Shown in pieces: positions 36,095-49,358 of a stretch of DNA of 64,000 nt. This DNA is from Octopus vulgaris (taxonomy: Eukaryota): the NCBI GenBank assembly GCA_951406725.2, contig OX597828.1, positions 71,486,001 to 71,550,000 of the forward strand, read 5' to 3'. The translations under genes were made by a program, and so were the position numbers. The notes beneath the pieces were generated by a model. That model searched no databases, was not told the DNA's origin, and saw only the letters and a list, made by a program, of their open reading frames with translations. Position 1 is the first letter of the stretch. Every line of letters starts with the position of its first letter.

Positions 36095-38780
36095 TAATTC
36101 TGGTTTTATTGGCCACAAGGGCTAACATAAATCCAAAACATGTAAGGACAAACACAGGATGAAAAGTACAAAGGGTTTTGCGAAAAAGAAAAGTCTGTGT
36201 AAACATTAGAAAAACAGAGAAAAATATAACAAATAAAATTTCCAATAGGGGGAGGCGCTTTGAAAGGTTACTCATGGAAAAACCCATAAAAGCCACTTGG
36301 TGGAGGGCAGTCAGAGCTTGACGGCACTCGAGGTGCCAAGCGCCCTTTCTTGGTCTGCGTATGATCAAGGTTTCAGCTCTGTCAAAGAGATGAGCTGCGG
36401 AAAGTTGCGTCTGATGAACAGTGACTACACCCGCTCACCGTCCCAGAAACGCTTGAGATGCCATAGTCTGAGTGCATGTCTGCGCATCAGCAGCCACAGC
36501 ATGCCAAGGCCTCCGTTCAGTGGCTGTTGACAGCAGATGGAGCCCCTGACCACTGCTACCATGCCCTTCCACAGAAAGTCGAAGAGCAAGCGCACCAGCT
36601 TGGCCAACCAGCGGTCGGGACAAGGGGCGACGGTCAATTGGTAATAGATGACGGATGCGATGTACGCATTCGCCACCTCTGCTCGACCTTCCAGGGACAG
36701 CTTCCTCTCGGCCCATTTCTGGGTGAGATTGGCCACCCTGCTCATCACTTCGGCCCAGTTTTTCTCCACCAGGAGGTCCAGACTGAACCAGACTCCGAGC
36801 AGTTTAATGGGACCATCTGTCCAGTGCCCTATGATGCTGTTGGATGGCTGGACTTGCCCCTCCAGGTGTCCAGTTGCAAGCCCACTGACTTTTCTGCGCT
36901 AATTTCTGTACCTGTTACCACTTCGTACTCGTTTAGCATCTCGCCCATCAGGTCGATGCGCCTGTGGCTCGACATTATCACGTTGACATAGGCAGACATG
37001 CTTTTTCCACATTCCAGATCACGCAGGACACCCCTGAAAGCCTCTAACTTCCACAGCAATGGCTCGAGAGTCATTACGTAGAGGTGGGAGGAGAGAGGGC
37101 ATCCTTGGCGGAACGAATGTGAGATGTCGAAGGGCTTGGAAAGGTGACCGTTCACACGTATGACCAAGCAGATGCCACTGTACAAAGCAGTGATCCACCC
37201 GCTCAAGACCGGACTGAAACTGGCTGCCCAGAGAACAGCTGCCAGGTATCGATGGTCAACCCTATCGAAGGCTTTAGACTGATCTAAATTGATCAAAGCC
37301 ACACGCGCGCCAGCTTCGTTACCCACCCTCTCTATGATGTAGTGCATGAGATGGATAGACCTGGTGGGCATGGTGCATGTCTGCGTTTTGCCAGTCAGCT
37401 TGTCCATGACAAGCACCAACCTCTTGGCTAGCACCTTGGCCAGAATCTTCAACTCTGCATCGAGCAGAGTGATGGAGCTAAAGTTCCCTATCATGACCCC
37501 TTGTTTGGGTCCTTTCTCAGCAATGCCACCACTCCTCGATAAACAAAAGCAAGAATTCTCACATTTTGTTGCCAGTTGCAGAAGACATTCGCCAAGAGGC
37601 CTGCAAGTCTGGCATTGAAGTGTAAAGTTCGTAGGGCAGACCATCCAAACCCGGTGATCTACCTCTCGTGCAACTTTTCATCACTTCCTCTACTTCTCAG
37701 GCAGATATCAGTCTTTTGCAGCACTCTACCTCACTGGCCGAGAGTTGTGGCAGGCTGTCCAGGTACACACTGGAGTCTGACCTATTGTCCGTCCCGAACA
37801 GTCGAGCAAAGTGCTGCAGAAAGACCACACACATCTGGCTTGTTTTGGAAACCTTGCACCCATTCTGGTCCACCAAAGACTGAATGGTTGGTTTGTTGCT
37901 GTGCTTTGCCTCCGTCACATGGGCCCATCGAGCAGCCTTAGTCCCCTCCCTGCTTACCGAATGTGCTTTAGCTCTGACAAAGCAGCCTTCATGTTTGACA
38001 TCAAAGTGTTGGTCGTTTAACAAGTGATCTTGTTTCCAAGGTGACCCGAGCCCTCTCACATTTATACTACAGATTCTGAGCATGACCATGTTTTAAAAAA
38101 GTATTTATCAAGGAGGAAAGGCTCTACTTATGGCTGTTGTCTGGTGGGGTGACACCCTTGTGCTTCTGGGTGGGTATTTCCACCAGATTTCTAAAGAGTT
38201 TTTTTGAGAAACTTATGTATGTGTGCTGGTGGTGTGTTGTGTGTGGGTCTGACAAAATCTGAAATTTTCGTGTTTGTATTGTGTTTCAAGTATGTCACTA
38301 GCTGTTCATTTTTCGTGTTTATTGCTGTAAGGTTGGTATTGGTGGTGGTGTTTGTGGGTGTGTGCAGTGGTAGTGGTGGAGAAGGTGTTGCTAATTGTTG
38401 TGAGTGCATGTTGCTGTTGTTGTTGGGAAGCTTTACTTTCTCGTGCCTCCCCAGTTTGTCAGTTGTTTCTTTATATTTCTTTCTTCTTTTTCTTTTTCGG
38501 TGGCACTGTGTGCCACTCCCCTTTCTCACTATCAGTACTTGCACTATCTGAGCTGATTTGGTCGGGAAAGGGGATGTCTTTGGGGTCTGTTTCAGTAGTG
38601 TTTCAAAATGTAGTTTTATCTGATGGTATTGGTGGTGGTGTAATTTCTTTTGAAATTGGTGTTGATGTTGATGTTGGTGGTGGTGGTGATGGTATCATTG
38701 ACTTCTCATGTGTATATATGAAAGTTGCTGGCTTTAAGAGTATTGCAAAAATCTTGTTTGGAGTTCCAACAATCTGAGTT
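36095..38780 (-). mobile_element. Decayed L1/Tx1-clade LINE
   Basis: APE start LRICSINVRGL, RT motifs LDQSKAFDRVDH and RQGCPLS, downstream WAERKLSLEGR; frameshifts and a large deletion; 5' boundary uncertain. Confidence 0.85.
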
Positions 38781-39763
38781 CTTTTACAGGGCTTAGAAAA
38801 ACTAAAGGACTACTGCAATAAGTGTGTGAATCCGAGAGGAGAATATGTTGAATAAAATCATAATTAACTGATCTGCCTGTATTCTATTTTATCCAAAACC
38901 AGGAATATTTCACCTCTGCCTCAAATACATATGAGATCTGGTGTAGCTCCTGGCCTTTGCCAGCTCCTGTCAAACTGTCCAACCCATGCCAGCATGGAAA
39001 ACAGATGTTGAAGGAAGATGATGAGTAATATGTTGTTTATTCCCAATTTGTCAAATGTTATTAATTTCTTTTCTTTTTTTTTTTTTGCTTGTTTTATGTT
39101 TGTTATAATCCTTAAAATGTTGGATTGTTTTAATGCCCAATTTGGTATAAAGTATATTTAGCAAAACCAGTAAAGACACAACTGTCTCGGTCTGCCTACT
39201 ACATACTCTGGTACTTCATGTACTTTCCCTTACTTATAGTGACTAAGTTATTCCATTCGTCACATGGGAGGGGTGAACCATTATTACTAATTCCATACAT
39301 CTCCCCTTTTAAGTTTTTCTTACAAAATGTCATTTTATTCAGCAATAATTTTTTTTATTCACCCCCACCTCCCTTTTTTGAGCCTCTTTTTTTTGTACAA
39401 TTTAATATGTTTTGCACTTGGCACCTATTTTCAGGAACTCTGTATGCTTTCTTTTCCTTTCACTTGTACACCTGGGTTCAATCACCTGTAGTGGCATTGG
39501 TACTTGGAATGCATCGTACAACCATTCCATCAATTCCTCCAACTTCTTTGGTTCACTTTCCACAAATCTCTTGGTTCCTGTGTCTCTATTGTATGCTTTT
39601 TCTACATTTTACCCCATACATCATTTTTACCTATGTATTTGGTAATTACACCATCTCCCCAACTCTGCTTTCCATTCTTGCATGCCCTCAAATATGCCTT
39701 TTCACCAACTTAAAGCATCTTGCTGTCTTCCCTGGCACTTTTTCTTTTCTTGCCAGGTAGCAA

Positions 39764-40190
39764 TTAATCAAAGACTGATTTTACTTTCCTTTCAAACATC
39801 AGCTCCGCTGGTGATCTACCTGCTGGTGCATTCGGATTTGGTGTCACAGGGTACCCTCTTAAAAATTGTTGAGGAGCTACCTCATTCGTGACTTCCTTAT
39901 TCGATTTTCTAAGGGCTCTTTTGAAGGTGTTGGCAAAGTGTTCTGCCAGTGCATTAGATCTGGGGTGATATGGCGCCATAGTTATATGTTCTACCATGAA
40001 TGTTTCACAAAATTTTTTTAATTCACTAGACACAAATTGCATTCCATTGTTGGACACTATCAGTTGAGGAAGTTAGTTTTTTTAGTTACAAATTTCTAGC
40101 CATTTCAAAAAGCTATCAACCACTACTAAGTCGTAAAAACCATTTAAAGGACCAGTGGAATTGATGTGTAGTCTCGACCACAGAACATTT
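39764..40190 (-). pseudogene. Gypsy integrase core remnant
   Basis: WSRLHI..VVVDSF.KW, SNNGMQF, PYHPRSNALAE motifs. Confidence 0.85.
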
Positions 40191-40721
40191 ACTTTTGAAC
40201 AATGTTTACTTTTTATCATACTCTTTTACTGGTTTCAGTCATTTGACTGCGGCCATGCTGGAGCACCGCCTTTAGTCGAGCAAGTTGACCCCGGGACTTA
40301 TTCTTTGTAAGCCCAGTACTTATTTTATCCGTCTCTTTTGCCGAACTGCTAAGTGACGGGGACGTACACACACCAGCATCGGTTGTCAAGCAATGCTAGG
40401 GGGACAAACACAGACACACAAACACACACATATATATATATACATATATATGATGTGCTTCTTTCAGTTCCCGTCTACCAAATCCACTCACAAGGCATTG
40501 GTCGGCCCGGGGCTATAGCAGAAGACACTTGCCCAAGATGCCATGCAGTGGGACTGAACTCGGAACCATGTGGTTGGTTAGCAAGCTACTTACCACACAG
40601 CCACTCCTGCACTCATGTGCAATTTCTCATTTCGTTTTGGCTTCCATACAGGTGTTCCACTCAGACCCTCAGTTGCATTCGAACCTTTGACTGAACCAAC
40701 TGTATTTCCACATAAAAACAC

Positions 40722-41010
40722 TTATGGGCAGATTCCATACCTTGAATAGTTCCATCCATTCTGTGCTGAATAAATTAAGTGAACTTTTGACACATATATC
40801 TTTGCCTCTTTTGTTTGACCTTGAAATGTTACATTACATATGAATTCACCGAGAAAATATAATCTTTTTCCTGTAACATTATGTGCAACCTTTTTTGATT
40901 TAAATAATTTCGGCTTACCAACATATTCCCAAGTTTTTTCCTTTATAATGGTGATGTCACTACCTGTGTCCAATTGTATTTTAACACTTGTATTTCTGAT
41001 TTTCACCTTC
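40722..41010 (-). pseudogene. Gypsy aspartic protease remnant
   Basis: VKIQLDTGSDITII motif. Confidence 0.8.
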
Positions 41011-42419
41011 ATGAATTTCCTCATCATTACATTACTAATTTCTTCCGATGACATACTATTTATTCTTTTTCCTTTGTTCTGATGTTTTGTGCATTGTCCT
41101 ATATATGTCCAGCTTTGCGAGAATTCTCGTTCTAACTTCTGCATCCTTTTCGGCAGTTAGTCCCTCTCTAAACCAGGCATTTGAACATATCTGTCATTAA
41201 TTCATCCAGCTTGAACTTCTTGCATTCCCTGGGATGTAGTCCTCATCGTTGTTTTTCTCTATGTTCAGACACTTCCACCCCCGCCAAGGACAATTACCCG
41301 AGGACAACAGATGATGATTTAAAACTTCTTGATATATTGAAGATGGAGTAATTAACCAAGTGGGGTAATTGTCCTGGGGGTAGTTGTTGTCAGGGGGAAT
41401 TGTCCTATGGAAGGGGGTGGTGGTGGTGGTAATCGCCCTGATATGCTTTCAATACATCTCAACACTTCTAAAGCAAACTTTGCTTGCTTACTTTCTTCGT
41501 AATTGGAATTTATAATTATTGTATCGTTCATGTTCTGCTGCCACCAGTTTTCTCAAGGTTAAGCACGTTTTCATCTCGTTTCCTCATATTTTCTGCAGTT
41601 TGCTTCGAAGGTAACTCCTTTGTCTGGTTCATATTTGGACTCTGTTATCGAATTTGCGACAGAGTCTGGTGAGAACACATTTTTCTGACTTTCCCAATGA
41701 TTTCAGAAATTGCAGCATTTGTTGTTGTTGGTGTTGTTGTTGCTTCAGCTGTTGTTCTTGTAGTTGTAGCTGCTGCTGTTGCTGTTCTTTCAGTTGCTGT
41801 TGTTGTTTTTACGACTCGAGAAAATCGGCCAACAAATTTTCCATAATTCTCATAAAATTCTCACAACAGAAACTTTTGTGAGTTTGTTAACTCTTCACGA
41901 GTTGTTTAAATCCTTGTTGAGTTTATCAATTCCTTGTGAATTGTTTAAATCCTTAAAATGTTGGATTGTTATAATGACTGCTTCGGTATACAGTATACTC
42001 AGCCAAACCAGTCACCATTGTCTCTGTCCACCCACTGCATATTCCGGTACTTCACATGGTTCTATTTACTTATTGTGACCAGGTTATTCCATTCATCACG
42101 TGGGAGGGGGTCTACTATTGTTACTAATTCCATACAACTATATTTTTTGATGACACATAAAGTTATTATTCCATTACTAATGACACAAACCATGTACAGT
42201 GTACTTCAGAGCAATTAGTTGAGTAAAGGGCGAAACGCCGAAAGTGAAGGATAAAAAAAAAAGCGGTCATAATGAAAACTGAATTGTAACGATAAGTGGG
42301 AACTCAATGTACAATTCACATATTGTTGTGATCAAGTGGTGTCAATATCTGGTTAAGATGTGTTTATAAACGAGAGGACTAAGAATGGTTGAAATTGTGT
42401 TGGTTACAAAGATCACGCA

Positions 42420-42683
42420 CTACAGTTGGAACTAGGAACATGCTATAGTGGGGCACGGAACCCGAGGTTTACGCATCCATAAAATAGAGTGAAAGATCAG
42501 TTAGAGTAAGGAATTGACTTGTGATATGGGAATGTTTTAGGAATGCAATGATTGCAAGAGGTTTTCGGTTCTGAGTTGTTATTTAGCGTCCGCTTTCCAT
42601 GCTGTGCTTCCTGGCCTTACAAGCTCCAGTTCAAACCTCAGGTTCCGTGCCCTACAATAGCTTGTTCCTAGTTCCAACTGTAG
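42420..42683. repeat. ~50-bp inverted repeat abutting the RTE 5' junction
   Basis: 42420-42470 versus 42633-42683. Confidence 0.8.
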
Positions 42684-43770
42684 CGAGGAGTACATGGAGT
42701 ACAGTGAAGAATTCTGGGTAGAGGTAGGGGTCCACCAAGGTTCAGCCCTCAGCCCCCCTCCTATTTATCGTAGTCCTCCAGGCAATAACGGAGGAATTCA
42801 AGACAAGTTGCCCCTGGGAGCTCCTCTATGCTGACGACCTTGCTCTAATTGCTGAGTCACTATCAGAACTGGAGGAGAAGTTTCAGACGTGGAAGGAGGG
42901 ATTAGAATCGAGGGGCCTTAGAGTCAACCTAGCTAAAACCAAAGTACTAATAAGTAGGAAGGTAGACAAACCACAAATGTCTTCAGGAAGATGGCCCTGC
43001 TCAATCTGTAGAAAAGGTGTAGGTAGAAACTCTATAAGATGTACCCAGTGTAAGCTATGGACACATAAGAGGTGCAGCAATGTCAAAGGAAGGCTAACTG
43101 GGAAGATAGTTTTTGCATGTGGCAGATGCTCAGGAGCAATAAACTCTGAAAATCTGCAGAAAACAACTTCCGTCACTTTCCAGGGGGAAAAACTAGAAGT
43201 AGTTGATAGCTACCGTTATCTAGGTGACCAAGTCAGTAGTGGGGGTGGGTGCGCTGAAAGTGTAACTGCTAGAGTAAGAATAGCCTGGGCAAAGTTCAGG
43301 GAGCTCTTACCTCTGCTTGTGACTAAAGGCAGACTGTATGATGCATGTGTACGAACAGCCATGCTACATGGCAGTGAAACATGGGCCGTGACTGCTGAGG
43401 ACATGCGTAAGCTCGCGAGGAATGAAGCCAGTATGCTCCGATGGATGTGTAATGTTAGTGTGCATACTCGACAGAGCGTTAGTACCTTGAGAGAAATGTT
43501 GGACCTAAGAAGCATCAGTTGTGGTGTGCAAGAGAGACGATTGTGCTGGTATGGTCATGTGGCGAGAATGGATGAAGATAGGTGTGTGAAAAAGTGCCAA
43601 TCCCTAGCAGTTGAGGAAACCCGTGGAAGAGGTAGACCTAGGAAAACCTGGGACGAGGTGGTGAAGCACGACCTTTGAACTTTAGGCCTCACTGAGGAAA
43701 TGACCAGCGACAGAGACCTTTGGAAATATGCTGTGTGTGAGAAGACCAGGCAGGACAAGTGAGTTCAGCC
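42684..43770 (+). mobile_element. RTE-clade LINE fragment with a PHD-like finger inside RT
   Basis: GVHQGSALSP (frameshift) .. LLYADDL .. CSIC..CTQC..H..C..CGRC .. YRYLG .. LHGSETW .. WYGHVARM .. GRPRKTW. Confidence 0.9.
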
Positions 43771-45503
43771 CACTTATGTTGAGTAAATGACTAAACTTAA
43801 AATAATAACTGGTGGGTTAATTTTTCTATGGGGGTAACAGGGTGGATAAGTAATAACAAAAAGTAAAAATAAAAAAAATTACAATAACGGGATACGCTGA
43901 TAGGTTTAGTCAAAGAGGGATTGAGAGTACCATAACATTTTGAAGTAATCGTAATATTTCACATAGTTCTGGGTTCAGTCCCACTGTGTGGCAACTTGGG
44001 AAAGTGTCTTCTACTATTGCCTCAGACCGACCAAAGCCTTGAGAGTGGGTTTGGTAGACAGAAACTGAAAGAAGCCCATTGTGTGTGTGTGTGCCTGTGT
44101 TTGTCCCCCACCACTGCTTGACAACTGGTGCTGGTGTGTTTACATTCCTGTAACTTAGCAATTCAGCAAATGGAACTGATAGAATAAATACCAGGTTTAA
44201 AAAAAAGTAAGTGCTGGGGTCAATTCATTCAACCAAAATACTTCAAGGTGGTGCCCCAGAATGGTCGCAGTTTAATGACTGAAAGAAGTAAAAGATAGAG
44301 AATATAAAAAAACCCCTCATTATTCAGCCCATCACCATTTACTTGCATTATCAAAATTTATGCCACTGGTCTATTTGAGTTAATTCCCTTAGCTCACTCT
44401 TTTTTCCTAACTCTCTAGTGCCTGAATCAATAAACCAATCCTCAGAAGATTGATGACATAACCAAAGATGGAACCTGTTTCCCCGCCAAAACTGAAGCGG
44501 AATCTCATACCAATGATGATGGATTTATTGATTAACTAATTATTCTGCTGTCTAATTACTTGACATTGTGACCATGTTTGGGAGAACTGGTTTGATCAAG
44601 AGTTCAATGACATGTTGTACAACCTGCCTGAGTATTACTGTGTATGTTACGCCTGCTGCCTATCTATCAGTGGTATAGCTAATACGGGAGCAGGGGGTGC
44701 GACCACTCCACCCACTAAGCACATTTTTTAAAAATTGGCACCTCTTCAACAATTTTTGTAAACTCTTTAGTTAGCTATATCAGTAGTTGTAAGTTTCATA
44801 CATAATGACATTGTTATGGAAACATGAAACCAATGAATGTAGAAAACAATTATGTAAATTATAACTAATGATATATTTTGTGTAATATAAGAGAAATGAG
44901 TATAAAATTGTTTGGTATGTGTTTTTTTTGTGCTACTTGCCCTTGACTTTAGAACCTGGGTGTGCCTTTGTTGTGTATTCATTCTATGCAACATTTGTAT
45001 ATATACTTTACAACTGTGTATAGTACAACAGGAATATATATACAGTACAATAGCTGTGTGTGTGTGTGTGTATTAATTGAAGTGTACTGTGTTATATATC
45101 CATTACGGCCAATGTTACTCATTGGTTTCACACTAGGGGTTCAACAGAGTGTTTGGTAACAGTCTGATTATGAAACCCTGTGCTCATCAGAGGTAGCTGT
45201 TATGGAATGAAATATGACACACACACACAATTGAATCAGATAGTGTCAACAAGAAAGAGTACATTTGGACAGTTATTTTTTAATCACTATACAAGTTTGT
45301 TTCCATACAACATAGTTCTTCATATATACAGGAATTTGATTATGGTACAGTTTACCTGTATAATGGGAACCAGTTGCATTTTATCAGGTGATATTCAATT
45401 GCCAAAATCTTGACTAGGAACTATATTGTAATACTACCAGCTATTTGGAAATTCCAAGGGGGAATGAGCTCTATTTTGTAGTTTTCTGTGTTTCTAATGG
45501 AAT

Positions 45504-45546
<43 letters not shown>

Positions 45547-45783
45547 TCATCATCATCATCATCATCGTTTAACGCCCGTTTTCCATGCTGGCATGGGTTG
45601 GACAGTGTGACTGGGGACTGGCAAGCAAGGAGGCTGCACCAGGCTCCAATCTGATCTGGCAAGGTTTCTACAGCTGGAAGCCCTTCCTAACAACAACCAC
45701 TCTGAGAGTAAGGTGGGTGCCAGTCAGGTGGCATCGGCCACGTTCAAATGCTGCTTTTTACGTGTCAAGCAGCACTGGCATCG

Positions 45784-45840
<57 letters not shown>

Positions 45841-46048
45841 AAATGGAAAGATGAATTTTCTTGTTACAGATTATTCAAAAGTTTAACCAATACCTGGGTA
45901 GCAAAAATCACAGCAGAAAAAAACACAGTTGGAGATAAGACCATTTGGTGTTGCAACCGTGCGTTGGTGCGGATAATTGAAGTTTAATATAATTAGTGAA
46001 TGGAAGAAATGGAGTTGAACGAAGATTGTACAGAATACCTTTTATTAC

Positions 46049-46131
46049 ATTCTACACATGTTTCGAAGGCCACAATTTTCCAAATTCTGATTAAATAAGG
46101 ATACCATATTGCAGCTTTCTCTTCAGGAAAA
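46049..46131 (-). ncRNA. Hammerhead ribozyme motif with intact core
   Basis: Minus strand TTC-CTGAAGA-GAAAGCTGCAAT...ATTGTGGCCTTC-GAAA-CATGT-GTA-GAA. Confidence 0.65.
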
Positions 46132-46423
46132 AGCAGGAATTACGTTGTCAGAACAAAACAAAACAGAGGCGCAGCAAAGCAATTCGAACGAGGACGCTCC
46201 TTAAGAGCCCATGGTTAAACTGTTTATCAATGTACGTTGAAATCGGGGGGTTGGTGGGGGCCGACAAAAGGTCCGTTGGAATAATTACAGGTCAGGCCGC
46301 GGTCAGAAGGAGGTGTAATCTTTGTAACTCTGAGCTTTTCCACATATTGTTCGCCAGAGGCCGTTTGGTAAACGGGCTTTTACAGACGGCTTTTTGATGT
46401 CCCCATTGGCGGCGTCATACTTA

Positions 46424-46764
46424 TCTTACATATAAATGACACCTAAGACAATTAACACCTTGTTACCCTATTAAAATGAAAATAATTTTTGGAAATAATT
46501 TTTGAAAAAACTTTTTTAAAAATCTATGAATAACTCTTGCAAGGGGAAATTACTCCCATTAGGCGATTGGTCAGTTTTTTTTTTTGGAAGCAAATGCCGG
46601 AATTATATATACCCTTATGATTCTTTGACGATGTTAATTTTTAGACAAGCAGGCCTAGACGAACACACGAACACAGAATTTTTTCAGCCGCCTGACAGGT
46701 TTTTTCAGCAGTGCTCATTATCTAGCGCCTCTCGCCAACATACGGCTGCGCACACATAGGCTAG
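46424..46764 (+). mobile_element. Probable non-autonomous Helitron in the spacer
   Basis: A|TCTTACATATAAAT start; imperfect GCGC..GCC/GGC.GCGC hairpin; CTAG|T end. Confidence 0.5.
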
Positions 46765-47079
46765 TATACACATACATGCTTTTAGGTAGGTTTTGTCTCG
46801 CCCCTAAAATACACCCTGTTTTCTTAAAATATTCAGAACATTAGTTTTGGTCACACAGAACATCTCCACACCCCTTGTTCCCATTAATTCCTCACCTACT
46901 AGATTTGACCGCGGCCTGACCTGTAATTATTCCAACGGACCTTTTGTCGGCCCCCACCAACCCCCCGATTTCAACGTACATTGATAAACAGTTTAACCAT
47001 GGGCTCTTAAGGAGCGTCCTCGTTCGAATTGCTTTGCTGCGCCTCTGTTTTGTTTTGTTCTGTCAACGTAATTCCTGCT

Positions 47080-47162
47080 TTTTCCTGAAGAGAAAGCTGC
47101 AATATGGTATCCTTATTTAATCAGAATTTGGAAAATTGTGGCCTTTGAAACATGTGTAGAAT
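47080..47162 (+). ncRNA. Hammerhead ribozyme motif (right arm; G-U closing pair in stem II)
   Basis: TTC-CTGAAGA-GAAAGCTGCAAT...ATTGTGGCCTTT-GAAA-CATGT-GTA-GAA. Confidence 0.6.
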
Positions 47163-47219
47163 GTAATAAAAGGAATTCTGTACAATCTTCGTTCAACTCC
47201 ATTTCTTCCATTCACTAAT

Positions 47220-47253
<34 letters not shown>

Positions 47254-47609
47254 TATGTATGTATACAAAACAACAACTGTGTGTATACAGTTCAACAGCT
47301 CTGTACATACAAACCATCAGCTGTGGATATAGAGGGTGTCCATAAATTATCTTTATACTTTGAAAAATTCAGCAGAAAATGAAAATTAAAGATAACTCAG
47401 CAAAGTTTACAAGAAAACATAGGCAAACAAATAGTTTTATTAGAAACCTGAGAATGCTTCCTCATGGGCTCCATTGGTTGCAAAGAAGTTGATTGAAGGA
47501 TCTCAACATTAAATTCATACAATAAATTGTGGGAGATGTAAAGAGAAGTTAGGAACATCCTGCAGAGCAGAACAGTTCATATATATACAGTGCAAGAACT
47601 GTGGACATA

Positions 47610-48097
47610 CAAATGTCTCAATTGTGCTCTGTTAGAACAGCCATGAAGTCATTTATTCAAACTGTTTGTCTCTCCCTCTCTCTCAACATATATAGTTCAA
47701 AAGCTGTGTATACACCCTACGGGTTGTGAATATATATTCCTGTTGTCAGAGAATATATAGATATACATACATAATAGTTTCTTTATCAGTAGCCACTTAC
47801 ACACACACACACACAGAAATCCTGTCTGTATCATTTGTCTTGAAAGAAAGAGGAGAATATGATGTTGTGAAATTTATGCAGTTCCAAAGAATAACAACTG
47901 CGTAAGAGGGGTGAAATGGCTTCAGCTTGTAATCAACACCACATTCTTGGATTCCATTCTTTGCTAGGCTGCTCTTCCAACATTGGACCAACAGTCAGTT
48001 CTAGAAGAACGAAGAGATGCTCTGTGTGTGTGTGTGAGAGACGTGTTTGAATAAATGACTTCATGGCTGTTCTAACAGAGCACAATTGAGACATTTG
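47610..48097. repeat. 53-bp perfect inverted repeat (47610-47662 / 48045-48097)
   Basis: caaatgtctcaattg...ttattcaaac and its reverse complement. Confidence 0.9.
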
Positions 48098-48208
48098 ATA
48101 CTAGCCTGAAGATGGGCAGCGAATTCGAATTCTACAGTCGGGGATAGATAAAGTGGAACCATCACAACTTGGACGGTGATAATTGGTAAGGAATAAAGTA
48201 AAAGCCAG

Positions 48209-48211
<3 letters not shown>

Positions 48212-48278
<67 letters not shown>
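48212..48278. repeat. (GA)n microsatellite
   Basis: Pure AG run. Confidence 0.95.
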
Positions 48279-48282
<4 letters not shown>

Positions 48283-49256
48283 GAAGTAAAAAAGGGGATT
48301 AATTGCTGTCAGCCTCCACTGACAAGATGCAAATGGGAGATAGGGTTGAATGAAAAGAGTGTTACGTCATCTCTTTTTTTTTTATTTTATAAACTCTGCT
48401 GAAAACAGAGAAAGTCTGTGGAATAAATGTCTTTTATATAATGGCCTACTTTTTTTGGGAAGGTGAATCTCTAATTGGAAGGTGGGAGTGGGGAATGGGG
48501 TAGGGGAGTGGAGTGGGAGTCAACAGACTAATAATGGTTTGGCTGGTTTAAGCGGAGAAAATTATGTGGGAAGTGGGGGTAGAGGAGAGCGGGGGGAAGT
48601 ATTTTGCAAGGGATTTTGTTCTGTTGACAGAGAAATAACATGGCTTCAGTATATATATGTATATATATACATATACATACATGCATGCACACAAACACAC
48701 ACACACCATCATCATCATCATCATCATTGTTTAACGTCTGTTTTCCATGCCAGCACGGGTTGGATGGTCCGACTGGGGGTCTGGGAAGCCAGGGGGCTGC
48801 ACCAGGCTCCAGTCTGATCTGGCAGTGTTTCTACAGCTGGATGCCCTTCCTAATGCCAACCACTCTGTGAGTGTAGTGGGTGCTTTTTATGTGCCACCAG
48901 TATGAGGAGAAAAGTAGTCGGGTAAGACATAATTATTTAATTTTTATGCTTTCCCATGACTTAATTTCGAAACGTACATCCGTAGGTGACTTAATATAGA
49001 ATGATTGTCGTCATTTCTTTCTCTTTTACCTGCGTTGTTTGCCTTTTAAGTGCTGTGGTTTTACTGAGATCTCTCTTTTAAGTAGAAAGAATAGCCATAA
49101 CTCTTTGACTGCTATTTCTAAATTCGGTGTGTGGTGAGGCAAATCGTTGCTAAACCCTTAACTACTTAGTATACATACATACATACATACATGTGTGTAT
49201 ATACGTGTGTGTGTGTGTGTGTGTATATGTATGCATATATATATAAACGATGATGA

Positions 49257-49304
<48 letters not shown>

Positions 49305-49358
49305 TAGCCTTAAAGCTGCCCTTCAGGTGGAATTCAGGCTACCTCCTGCAGAGGTATG

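Larger units (their letters stand above)
39101..42136 (-). mobile_element. Internally deleted Ty3/Gypsy LTR retrotransposon
   Basis: LTRs ~39101-39299 and ~41942-42136 (TG..CA), polypurine tract AAAAGGGGAGA next to the 3' LTR, protease LDTGSDITII, integrase core; RT/RNase H not seen; SINE nested at ~40205-40610. Confidence 0.85.
45987..47224. mobile_element. Penelope-type inverted pseudo-LTR pair, each arm carrying a hammerhead motif
   Basis: Arms 45987-46305 and 46906-47224, ~319 bp, about 3 mismatches seen; 600-bp spacer. Confidence 0.8.

Noticed and set aside
48105-48150. CTGAAGA hammerhead candidate
   Set aside because: No GAAA box or stem III.
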